Assembly: GCA_013287845.1 (NCBI GenBank)
Contig: JABDDA010000002.1
Location: forward strand, 10,605 to 74,604
From: Gammaproteobacteria bacterium
Lineage (GTDB): Bacteria > Pseudomonadota > Gammaproteobacteria > DSM-16500
Direction of reading: 5' to 3'
Length of the DNA stretch: 64,000 nt
Numbering within the stretch: the first letter of the stretch is position 1; each line of letters opens with the position of its first letter. Below, piece by piece: positions 11,294 to 19,100 of this stretch. Below the pieces are notes generated by a model. That model was not told the DNA's origin. It saw only the letters and a list, made by a program, of their open reading frames with translations, and made no database searches. Both the position numbers and the translations under genes were made by a program.

Positions 11294-12262
11294 ATGCCTC
11301 TTGAGTCGATACGCGCCCTCGTCAAATCCGATTTAGAAGCGACGGATCAATTCATTTCTCATCAGCTGCAATCTGACATTCCGTTAATTGATGAGTTAGT
11401 GCGTTATATTTTGCAATGCGGCGGAAAACGAATACGTCCTTTAATTGTTTTATTAAGTGCACGCGCGTTTAATCACAACGATGAACACCATATTCAATTA
11501 GCTGCTGCAATAGAATTAATGCACACAGCAACATTATTACATGATGACGTGGTTGATAATTCCACTTTACGACGCGGTCGAAAAACAGCGCATATGATTT
11601 GGGGAAATGAAGCCAGCGTTCTTGTCGGAGATTTTTTATATTCACGCGCATTTCAACTAGTTGTTCGCGTGAATAATCCCGTGGTTTTAAATATTTTTGC
11701 AGATACAACAAATTTAATTGCAGAAGGTGAAGTCATGCAATTATTAAATTGTCGAAATCCCAACACCACAGAAAAAAATTATTTTGATGTGATTGAAAGA
11801 AAAACTGCAAAATTATTTGAAATTGCATCGCAACTCGGCCCCGCCATTTCTACGCCAGAAAAAAAATTTTTAGAAATGATGCAAAAATATGGAATGCATT
11901 TAGGTGTTGCTTATCAACTCATTGATGATGCGTTAGATTATCGTGCGTCTTCGGAAGAAACAGGAAAAAATATTGGGAATGATTTGTCAGAAGGAAAACC
12001 CACACTTCCTTTAATTTATGCATTACATCATGCGAGTGATGCAGAAAAAAAATTAATTCATGATGCGATTCAAAATTGTTCTTCCACACATTTAGAAAAA
12101 ATAATTGATATTATTGAATCAACAAAAGCCATCGAGTACACTGCGCAAGCTGCAAAACACCACGCGCAACAAGCGATTTCTGTTTTAAATCATGTTCCCG
12201 AATCACCTTATCGAAAGGCGTTGCGTGAATTAACAGAATTTGTGGTGGAAAGAAATTATTAA
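11294..12262 (+). CDS. ispB: octaprenyl-diphosphate synthase
   Basis: Polyprenyl synthase DDxxD motifs LLHDDVVD and QLIDDALD. Divergent from rplU, as in E. coli. I prefer the ATG at 11294 (AGGAA RBS) over the TTG at 11273. Confidence 0.88.
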   Translation: MPLESIRALVKSDLEATDQFISHQLQSDIPLIDELVRYILQCGGKRIRPLIVLLSARAFNHNDEHHIQLAAAIELMHTATLLHDDVVDNSTLRRGRKTAHMIWGNEASVLVGDFLYSRAFQLVVRVNNPVVLNIFADTTNLIAEGEVMQLLNCRNPNTTEKNYFDVIERKTAKLFEIASQLGPAISTPEKKFLEMMQKYGMHLGVAYQLIDDALDYRASSEETGKNIGNDLSEGKPTLPLIYALHHASDAEKKLIHDAIQNCSSTHLEKIIDIIESTKAIEYTAQAAKHHAQQAISVLNHVPESPYRKALRELTEFVVERNY

Positions 12263-12364
12263 TTTTTTTTAATTGAAAAATATTTTTTAGAAAAATTATT
12301 TTTGTTTGCAGAAAAATTTTCCATGCGAAAATTTTAAAAAGAAAGTGTCATTTCAAAAAGTATG

Positions 12365-12438
12365 CGGGGTGTAGCTCAGCCTGGTAGAGCACTGCTTTCG
12401 GGAGGCAGGGGCCGCAAGTTCGAATCTTGTCACCCCGA
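12365..12438 (+). tRNA. tRNA-Pro (anticodon CGG)
   Basis: Manual cloverleaf. Acceptor CGGGGTG pairs with CACCCCG. D arm is GCTC-AGCCTGGTA-GAGC. Anticodon arm is CTGCT-TTCGGGA-GGCAG. T arm is GCAAG-TTCGAAT-CTTGT. Discriminator is A, and CCA is not encoded. Confidence 0.85.
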
Positions 12439-12532
12439 TTAATTAGTCGAACGTTAAAAACCAACTTTAATCTATAAAAGCAGAGAAAAAACATCATGTT
12501 AAATCTTTTCAAAATGAATTAAAAAAATGCCC

Positions 12533-13399
12533 TCAATCAAATAATATTTTACTAATAAATAATTTTGATTCCTCCAAAATAAAATCACACTCCGGCAAAT
12601 CTTTTACAAACACACCCAATGTCGACTGCCAATGCTGACGAGCTTCTTTTACTAATTCATTCGTAAAAAAATCTTCTATTAGTTTATAAAAAACATTTCG
12701 ATGTTTACATTTTTTATCTAAGGTATTACGCAACCGCTTTAAATCAAGTATGTTTCCATAGTTTTTTAATATTCGCCACAAATCATAATAGTCTCTCGCA
12801 CGTGGTCGATTCCAACCACGCTCAACTAATTTCTGATGTGTTTGCAAAAGTGCGCGCATTTTTTCTGCGACTACTTCTTCAATGTGATAAGAAGCAACTT
12901 GGCAATCAATAATTTCATCATATCCATGTAATATAGATTTATACTGAGGCATTAAAATAACAGGTTCATCATGTGTAATTTCAATTTTAATTCGACAATG
13001 CGATATTGGGTGCCAAGGAAATTTAACTTGTACAATAAAAGCTTCCTGGCCTTGTGGGTGAGGAGCATTTTCAGGATTTCTTTTTAACTGCACATCAAAA
13101 GCACCATATTGATTTAATAATTCTTTTGAAATGTTCATTGCTTTTAATAATTCCTTTTCTAGCATCTCATTTTTCGGCGCATTTGAAACTGAAAAATCTA
13201 AATCTTCAGAAAAACGATAATCACCAAAAAATATTTTCTTTAATGCTGTTCCACCCTTGAATATTAATGTAGTTGAAAGCAAATCTTGTTTTGCAATACC
13301 GGCCAAAATGTAACTAAGTGCATAATCTTTTTCAACGACATGCTGAGGAACAGATTTCTGTTTACATTCAGTTTGAATTTTTATTTTTAATGGTTTCAT
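12533..13399 (-). CDS. AbiEii-family nucleotidyltransferase toxin (pair 1)
   Basis: FKGGTALKKIFFGDYRFSEDLDF motif typical of AbiEii/DUF1814. Overlaps the upstream AbiEi gene. Confidence 0.8.
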   Translation of the reverse strand: MKPLKIKIQTECKQKSVPQHVVEKDYALSYILAGIAKQDLLSTTLIFKGGTALKKIFFGDYRFSEDLDFSVSNAPKNEMLEKELLKAMNISKELLNQYGAFDVQLKRNPENAPHPQGQEAFIVQVKFPWHPISHCRIKIEITHDEPVILMPQYKSILHGYDEIIDCQVASYHIEEVVAEKMRALLQTHQKLVERGWNRPRARDYYDLWRILKNYGNILDLKRLRNTLDKKCKHRNVFYKLIEDFFTNELVKEARQHWQSTLGVFVKDLPECDFILEESKLFISKILFD

Positions 13400-14243
13400 T
13401 TTTTCCCTTTATTAAATTATTTTGAATCATCCACCGTTTCTCACAAGGCCCTTTTGCTGGTTTCGAAGAATCAAGTCGACAATAATAATTAATCGGTTCA
13501 TTAAGTAATGGAAAAATAATTTCATTTGGCACACCAAAATATTCGAGCGCCCATCCCAATCGTTTGATCACTGGTTTATTTCCATATTTTATTGCGTAAT
13601 TAACAAGTTTTTTTATGTCTACACTAGATAAGGAATTTTCTAAAATCCCCAATGCTTCACCCATTCCCCCAAACATTTGAGGACTGACAAAAATATCTAA
13701 CAAAGTACGTTCTTTATCTGTGATTTGTATACGAAACTGTTCATCTATCCATATTTTTTCTAACCCCAAGTCAAAATGTTCTTTTTTTATTTTTTTATAT
13801 TCGTAATGTATTCCTGCTATTTTCCATGCATGTTTTTTCTGTGAATGCTTTTTCTCCGTATACGATTTACGCATGCTAGGTGTAATGATTTTGCTTGTTG
13901 TTATAGCAGTGATAATCTGAGGAACCTGTTCTGTCAGTCCATGATATTGCAAAGCAGACCAATGACTGATAGCAGAGGGTTGGATTAGAAAAGAAGATAT
14001 AACAAGAGGATTTACATTTATTTGGCCAGGTAAAAGACCAATACCTACATAAAGCCCGCGATGCAATCTTAAGAGATATCCATATTTTGTCAAATTAAAA
14101 AGAATTTTTTTAAGCTGAGATTGTGGGATAGCTAATCCCTGAGCTGCGAGCACCGCATCTTTTATATTAAAAATGCGCTTTCCTCGCTGAAACAACTCTG
14201 CGAGGAGGCGCCAGCCTTGACTTTCAGTATGCCTATAGCCCAT
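13368..14243 (-). CDS. AbiEi-family antitoxin / transcriptional regulator (pair 1)
   Basis: 291-aa ORF with an N-terminal winged-helix-like region (LTKYGYLLRLHRGLY) and an AbiEi_4-like core (ISHWSALQYHGLTEQVP). Translationally coupled to AbiEii. Confidence 0.75.
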   Translation of the reverse strand: MGYRHTESQGWRLLAELFQRGKRIFNIKDAVLAAQGLAIPQSQLKKILFNLTKYGYLLRLHRGLYVGIGLLPGQINVNPLVISSFLIQPSAISHWSALQYHGLTEQVPQIITAITTSKIITPSMRKSYTEKKHSQKKHAWKIAGIHYEYKKIKKEHFDLGLEKIWIDEQFRIQITDKERTLLDIFVSPQMFGGMGEALGILENSLSSVDIKKLVNYAIKYGNKPVIKRLGWALEYFGVPNEIIFPLLNEPINYYCRLDSSKPAKGPCEKRWMIQNNLIKGKNETIKNKNSN

Positions 14244-14420
14244 AACTACCTTTCTATTTTGAAGTTATACTGCAATAGTACCCTATTTTGGGAACTTTTG
14301 CAGTATGAATTCAAAATAAAACTTTCTAATTTAGGGAAACAGGCCAAAACCATTAGGCAATTGCTTTACTAGAGTTTGTTCGATACCCAACAGCTAAAAT
14401 GACGTCTAGATTATAAAATG

Positions 14421-14855
14421 CTAGTGAAAGATAAAACTCTGCTCATCTCTTTCATCAGTTTCTAATCGCCATTCCATATTGTCAGAGTAAGTTGAAATAT
14501 TTTTCTTAAATGTTTTTATCAGTAATGGCTTAACCTCATTATTAATCTTATTTTTGACTTTATTAGTAAGTTGTTCTAAACGTTTATTGCGCTGATGAGT
14601 AGATGAAACAGAAGTAGGATCATTCTCATTCATTATTCCGATATATTGTTTTGATAATGTTAAATCAATATGTTCTGAAAACCGCTCGATCATGTTATAG
14701 CATTTTGAGAGAGAAGTTCCGCCTTTGAAAATGATATGCGGCGATAAAATAGGATCAGAAAAAATCTGATTGAGCGTCCAGCATAGCGAAATGTCAACAG
14801 CCCCTACACTTAATTCTCTATCTTCCAATTTGAACTGTTTCCATTTTGGAAACAC
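14421..14855 (-). pseudogene. truncated AbiEii nucleotidyltransferase (N-terminal ~145 codons only)
   Basis: Carries FKGGTSLSKCYNMIERFSEHIDL but stops after 144 aa. Intact relatives in this window are 286-291 aa. There is no cognate AbiEi upstream on the same strand. Confidence 0.6.
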
Positions 14856-14895
14856 CTACTTACTTGATATAACCACCCCAAAACCTCCTATTTCC

Positions 14896-14934
14896 GCAAG
14901 AAACTTCCCATTTCAGGAAGTTTCCTGCTAAAAT
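14896..14934 (+). promoter_or_regulatory. candidate AbiEi operator plus extended -10 (pair 2)
   Basis: Inverted repeat GCAAGAAACTTCC (14896..14908) and GGAAGTTTCCTGC (14916..14928), 12/13 complementary. It overlaps TGCTAAAAT (14926..14934). The ATG at 14941 lies only 6 nt after the -10 and has no RBS. Confidence 0.45.
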
Positions 14935-14940
14935 AGACAA

Positions 14941-15591
14941 ATGAGCACCCTAACAGACAAGATTATCGAAGCAGGCTTTACAGATAACATCCTCACCGAT
15001 GTGGATCTGAATAACCTATTGGATGGCACGCCTGCTGCACGTTATGGCATGGTAAATAAAGCACTCAAAAAAAATGAACTCATCAAAATTCGTCGCGGGC
15101 TTTATATACTGGCAGATAAATTTCGGCACAAAAAACTCAGTAAATTTTTTCTTGCAAGTCGACTTGCTCCTCACAGTTATATTTCACTTGAAAGCGCACT
15201 GTCTTATTTTGGTTGGATTCCAGAACAAGTGAAAACGGTAACAAGCATCATTGCAGGCGGACGTCCTAAAAAATTTATTTCTCCTTTCGGTGAATTTATT
15301 TTTTATCAACTTCCAGTAAATGAGTATGAATTTTTAACCGGTGTAAATCGTGTTGAAGAAATTAAAGGTGAACCTTTTTTATTAGCGTCACCTCTTCGCG
15401 CATTGGCAGATTACGTTTATGTGAAAAAAATTAATTGGCAAGGTTTGAATTATCTTACTGACAGTTTACGTATCGATGCAGAACATCTTATGAAAATGAA
15501 TGAAAAAGAATTTTTAGAAATTAAAAAAGTGTATCGCTCTAAACGCGTGTTACATTTTTTAAATAAACTTAAAAAGGAACTAAAAAAATAA
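14941..15591 (+). CDS. AbiEi-family antitoxin, short type (pair 2)
   Basis: 216-aa ORF with IKIRRGLYIL and SLESALSYFGWIPEQV motifs. Its stop overlaps the AbiEii ATG (TAATG). Confidence 0.75.
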   Translation: MSTLTDKIIEAGFTDNILTDVDLNNLLDGTPAARYGMVNKALKKNELIKIRRGLYILADKFRHKKLSKFFLASRLAPHSYISLESALSYFGWIPEQVKTVTSIIAGGRPKKFISPFGEFIFYQLPVNEYEFLTGVNRVEEIKGEPFLLASPLRALADYVYVKKINWQGLNYLTDSLRIDAEHLMKMNEKEFLEIKKVYRSKRVLHFLNKLKKELKK

Positions 15592-16451
15592 TGGCTACTC
15601 ATATTATCGATGAAAGATTAAAAATATATGCAACAAATACAGTGGAAGACGAAGAGCACGCGCTTAAAGAAATTTTACAAGAAGTTGCTCTTTATGGTCT
15701 CGCAAGTGCAAATTTTTTTGATAAAGCTATTTTTCACGGCGGAACAGCTCTACGAATTTTATATCAGTTACCGCGTTTTTCAGAAGATCTCGATTTTTTA
15801 TTAAAAAATCCCAATCCGCATTTCAAATGGGAACCTTATATTGATGCGATTATCGATACGTGCAAACAATTTGGCGTACATCCAAAAGTAACTGATAAAA
15901 GTCGTTTGAATAACACAGTTAAAAAAATATTTTTAAAGGATGATTCAATCGGAAAAATAATTGATTTATCTTTTTCGCATCATCCCGGGAAAAAACTTTC
16001 AATAAAATTTGAAATTGATACTAATCCTCCATTAGGTTCTAATGTTGATGTAAAATTTTTGGAATTCCCTTTGGATTATTCTCTCGTTGCGCAAGATTTA
16101 AGTAGCAGCTTTGCAGGAAAATGCCATGCTTTATTATGTCGCGAATATATCAAAGGCCGTGATTGGTATGATTTTACTTGGTATGTCGCTAGAAAAATTC
16201 CCCCTAATTTTATTTTTCTTGAAAATGCACTTCATCAACAAGGACCTTGGGCAAATAAAAAAATAACAGTGACACCCAGATGGTTTATTGAATCAATACA
16301 GGAAAAAATTAAAAGTATTGATTGGAATAAAGCAGCGAATGATGTTGCTCCATTTCTAAATACTCAAGATAAAAAAACATTAAATTTATGGGGAGTTGAT
16401 TTCTTTATGGATAAAATTGATAAATTAAAAAATATCTTGAATAATGTGTAA
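15591..16451 (+). CDS. AbiEii-family nucleotidyltransferase toxin (pair 2)
   Basis: FHGGTALRILYQLPRFSEDLDF motif. 286 aa. Confidence 0.8.
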   Translation: MATHIIDERLKIYATNTVEDEEHALKEILQEVALYGLASANFFDKAIFHGGTALRILYQLPRFSEDLDFLLKNPNPHFKWEPYIDAIIDTCKQFGVHPKVTDKSRLNNTVKKIFLKDDSIGKIIDLSFSHHPGKKLSIKFEIDTNPPLGSNVDVKFLEFPLDYSLVAQDLSSSFAGKCHALLCREYIKGRDWYDFTWYVARKIPPNFIFLENALHQQGPWANKKITVTPRWFIESIQEKIKSIDWNKAANDVAPFLNTQDKKTLNLWGVDFFMDKIDKLKNILNNV

Positions 16452-16471
16452 TATTTAAAAATAGGTGTGTA

Positions 16472-17020
16472 TTGAATCCACAACAAGTCACCATGATTAT
16501 CTTTACCGATGCTTCAACTTCCCCACAAATGAAAATTGCCGTCGGTGCATTCTTATGCATCGATAAAAAAAATATGACTGAATACACTGAGTACAGCATA
16601 AAAACTTTATCTACTAAATTATCCAATAAAATTGTTTATACCGAATACAAATCAAAAAAATCAACTTGGTCTGAAATCAAAACAGCTATTAATGCTCTTC
16701 ATTTTGTGAGAAAAAATTTTGGAACAGATTTAAAAATTGAACTCTACACAGATTGTCAAAGTTTTTGCGATTTAATGGGAGAAAGAAAAGAGAAACTTAA
16801 AAAAAATAATTTTATCACCCGAACTGGAAAAGTTCTTCAAAACGCAGCTCTCTATCAAGAGCTTTTTGAAATCACTGAAAAAATTGAAATTCAAATTTTT
16901 AAAGTAAAAGGGCATCATGCAGCAACACATCTACTCACATTACAAGAAAAAATATTCGTTGTTCTAGATAAATTGAGTCGCAAAAAACTGCGGGAAACAT
17001 TAAAACCAATCAACCCCTAG
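16472..17020 (+). CDS. RNase H-like (type 1 RNase H fold) domain protein
   Basis: Acidic residues spaced like the RNase HI DEDD set: [30 protein letters not shown]. Start is uncertain (TTG at 16472 with an AGGTG RBS, or ATG at 16493). Lies 20 nt downstream of AbiEii on the same strand. Confidence 0.5.
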   Translation: MNPQQVTMIIFTDASTSPQMKIAVGAFLCIDKKNMTEYTEYSIKTLSTKLSNKIVYTEYKSKKSTWSEIKTAINALHFVRKNFGTDLKIELYTDCQSFCDLMGERKEKLKKNNFITRTGKVLQNAALYQELFEITEKIEIQIFKVKGHHAATHLLTLQEKIFVVLDKLSRKKLRETLKPINP

Positions 17021-17078
17021 CAACCCAAACATAATATTGCTAGTCTATAAGAGAATAAATTTCAAAAGGAATGAAATC

Positions 17079-17243
17079 ATGTTGAACTGGGTAGTTACTT
17101 TTTTGATTATTGCTATTGTAGCAGCGGTATTTGGTTTTACTGGAATTGCTGCAAGCGCGACTGAAATTGCAAAAATTCTCTTCGTTATTTTTTTAGTACT
17201 ATTCGTACTTTCTCTTGTGGCGCACTTATTTAAACGTAAGTAA
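17079..17243 (+). CDS. small membrane protein, DUF1328/UPF0391 family
   Basis: 54 aa: [47 protein letters not shown]. An AAGGA RBS lies 8 nt upstream. Confidence 0.75.
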   Translation: MLNWVVTFLIIAIVAAVFGFTGIAASATEIAKILFVIFLVLFVLSLVAHLFKRK

Positions 17244-17244
17244 A

Positions 17245-17317
17245 TTAAAGAGACTTTACGAACAGCAGCAAGACATTTTACTTTATTTCGGTGAAGATGG
17301 TGCAGCTGGAATCCCAT
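17245..17317 (-). pseudogene. 5' remnant of a second GAF-domain gene (duplicate of 18916..18975)
   Basis: About 55 nt at 17252..17307 match 18916..18969 with about 4 substitutions and 1 indel. It encodes ..NKVKCLAAVRKVSL, versus ..NEAKRLAAVRRVRL in the intact gene. Homology stops at the DUF1328 gene. Confidence 0.6.
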
Positions 17318-17908
17318 TTAGTTAGATTTAACAATCCTATTGTATCTGTCATTTAAACTATTAGCTGTGCTTAACTTTCCCAAATTCCCATACGTTGGAT
17401 TCATCACAAGTTCAAGAAACGATTCTGCTGAATTATATTTAGGATTAGGATGTTCATCGACAATATAACGCGCTGTAAAAATAGTTTCATTTTTTCCTTT
17501 CTCAAGTTCGTTTGTTGCAATAAATTTTATTCCCTCTGTTTTAAAAAAAATAAAAAAACTATTTTCTTTTTTAAGCTCCCATACTCTTTGACTTGCTGCA
17601 TGATTTCCAATAATCACTTCTCGTCTGAAACCCATAGGAAGTTTTTCTACTACTTTGCAGCTATCAATAGAAGGCACAATTCCAGTCGCATCTCGCGCTT
17701 TAATTTTCATGGCTTTTAAAAAATTATCGTACAATTCATTTTTCATTTTTTGAATGTATGTCACACTGAAACATGCTTTTTTTCCAAATGTATTCACTTC
17801 CAAAGCGGATGTTTTAATCAATTCATGGGCTTTTTCAAATGTTTTTTCATCTTTAATTTTTTCTAACGTTTTATCAATTTCTGAAAATACTAATTCTGCT
17901 TGATTCAT
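17318..17908 (-). CDS. hypothetical protein (196 aa)
   Basis: ORF 47 nt downstream of the GGDEF gene on the same strand. No family recognised. Confidence 0.55.
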   Translation of the reverse strand: MNQAELVFSEIDKTLEKIKDEKTFEKAHELIKTSALEVNTFGKKACFSVTYIQKMKNELYDNFLKAMKIKARDATGIVPSIDSCKVVEKLPMGFRREVIIGNHAASQRVWELKKENSFFIFFKTEGIKFIATNELEKGKNETIFTARYIVDEHPNPKYNSAESFLELVMNPTYGNLGKLSTANSLNDRYNRIVKSN

Positions 17909-17955
17909 ATTTATTTCCTATGTAAAAAAACTGCGGGCGCTGCATAAAATTATAA

Positions 17956-18975
17956 TTACTTTAAATTGCCAACTTCAACACAATTCCGACCTGCTTTTTT
18001 CGCACGATAAAGTGCTTGATCTGCACGATGAATTAAAGAATCAATATCATCTGATTTTTTTGAAATAGTACAACCGATACTGCATGTTACTTGTAACGTA
18101 TGTTTTTCAAATGAAATAGGCGCGCTTGAAATTTTTTCACAAATTCTATTTCCTACTATAATTGCTTCATCAATATCAATATCTGTTAACACAACTAAAA
18201 ATTCCTCACCACCATATCGACCGATCGCATCCATCGGTCGAACTTCTTTGCGTAATCGTTCTGCAATGATACGTAATGCTTGATCACCTGCACGATGACC
18301 ATACGTATCATTGATGCGTTTGAAATAATCAATATCGATCATGAGCAACGCCATTAAATTTTCATCCGTCGCGCGTTTTAATTCAGTTTCAATAATTTCT
18401 AAAATAGCACCGCGATTCCAAATGCGCGTTAACACATCAATATTGGCCTTTTTTTGCAATTCTTCGTTTGTTAATGCAAGTGCTAATTGTGATTCTGATA
18501 ATGCAGCAACTTGCAATTCACGTTCAGCAAGTTGCGCAAGATCCGTTAATGTTTTGAGATTTTCAGAACTAAAATCACGAGGTTTCATATCACCAATACA
18601 CAGCACACCCACACGCTCTCCATCAAAATGAAGCGGCACACCTGCGTAAAACACCCACGTACTTGCAAAAGCACTATCGCAAACACGTTCATCTGTGCGC
18701 GCATCATGCACAATACAAATTCCATCTTGCAAAACAGTATGATGACAATAAGAATCTTTTCTTAATCCTTCAATGCCATCAAATCCTTGAACGCTTTTGA
18801 GCCACGCTAATTCTTCACCCACAATATCAAGAACCGCCATAGGAACATCAAATAATTGTTTCGCTAATCGAGTAATTTGATCAAAGCGTTCTTCTGCAGG
18901 AGTTCCCATAAGTCTGACTCTACGAACAGCAGCAAGACGTTTTGCTTCATTCGGTGAAGATGGTGCAGCGGGCAT
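17956..18975 (-). CDS. GAF-domain diguanylate cyclase (GGDEF)
   Basis: GAF-type N-terminus NEAKRLAAVRRVRLMGTPAEERFDQITRLA. Active site RYGGEEF with an RPMD I-site five residues upstream. Confidence 0.88.
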   Translation of the reverse strand: MPAAPSSPNEAKRLAAVRRVRLMGTPAEERFDQITRLAKQLFDVPMAVLDIVGEELAWLKSVQGFDGIEGLRKDSYCHHTVLQDGICIVHDARTDERVCDSAFASTWVFYAGVPLHFDGERVGVLCIGDMKPRDFSSENLKTLTDLAQLAERELQVAALSESQLALALTNEELQKKANIDVLTRIWNRGAILEIIETELKRATDENLMALLMIDIDYFKRINDTYGHRAGDQALRIIAERLRKEVRPMDAIGRYGGEEFLVVLTDIDIDEAIIVGNRICEKISSAPISFEKHTLQVTCSIGCTISKKSDDIDSLIHRADQALYRAKKAGRNCVEVGNLK

Positions 18976-19100
18976 TGACCCTCCTAGTCTTTTTCAAAAA
19001 TCCCACTAAAATTATCATACAAGTCATTACTATTTCAAATTAGAATAAAACTAAGTTACGATACATTTAATCATTCATAAAATAAATCACTGAGCCCTGC

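Noticed and set aside
12270..12340. Four GAAAAAT(T)-type A-tract repeats at about 12275, 12290, 12311 and 12327, upstream of tRNA-Pro.
   Set aside because: The spacing is irregular (15, 21 and 16 nt) in very AT-rich DNA. This is most simply curved or UP-element-like promoter DNA, not a repeat array or CRISPR-like structure.
17045..17317. 90-aa minus-strand ORF.
   Set aside because: Only the first ~22 codons resemble the GAF-GGDEF N-terminus. The rest is antisense to the DUF1328 gene. I treat it as a gene remnant, not a functional CDS.
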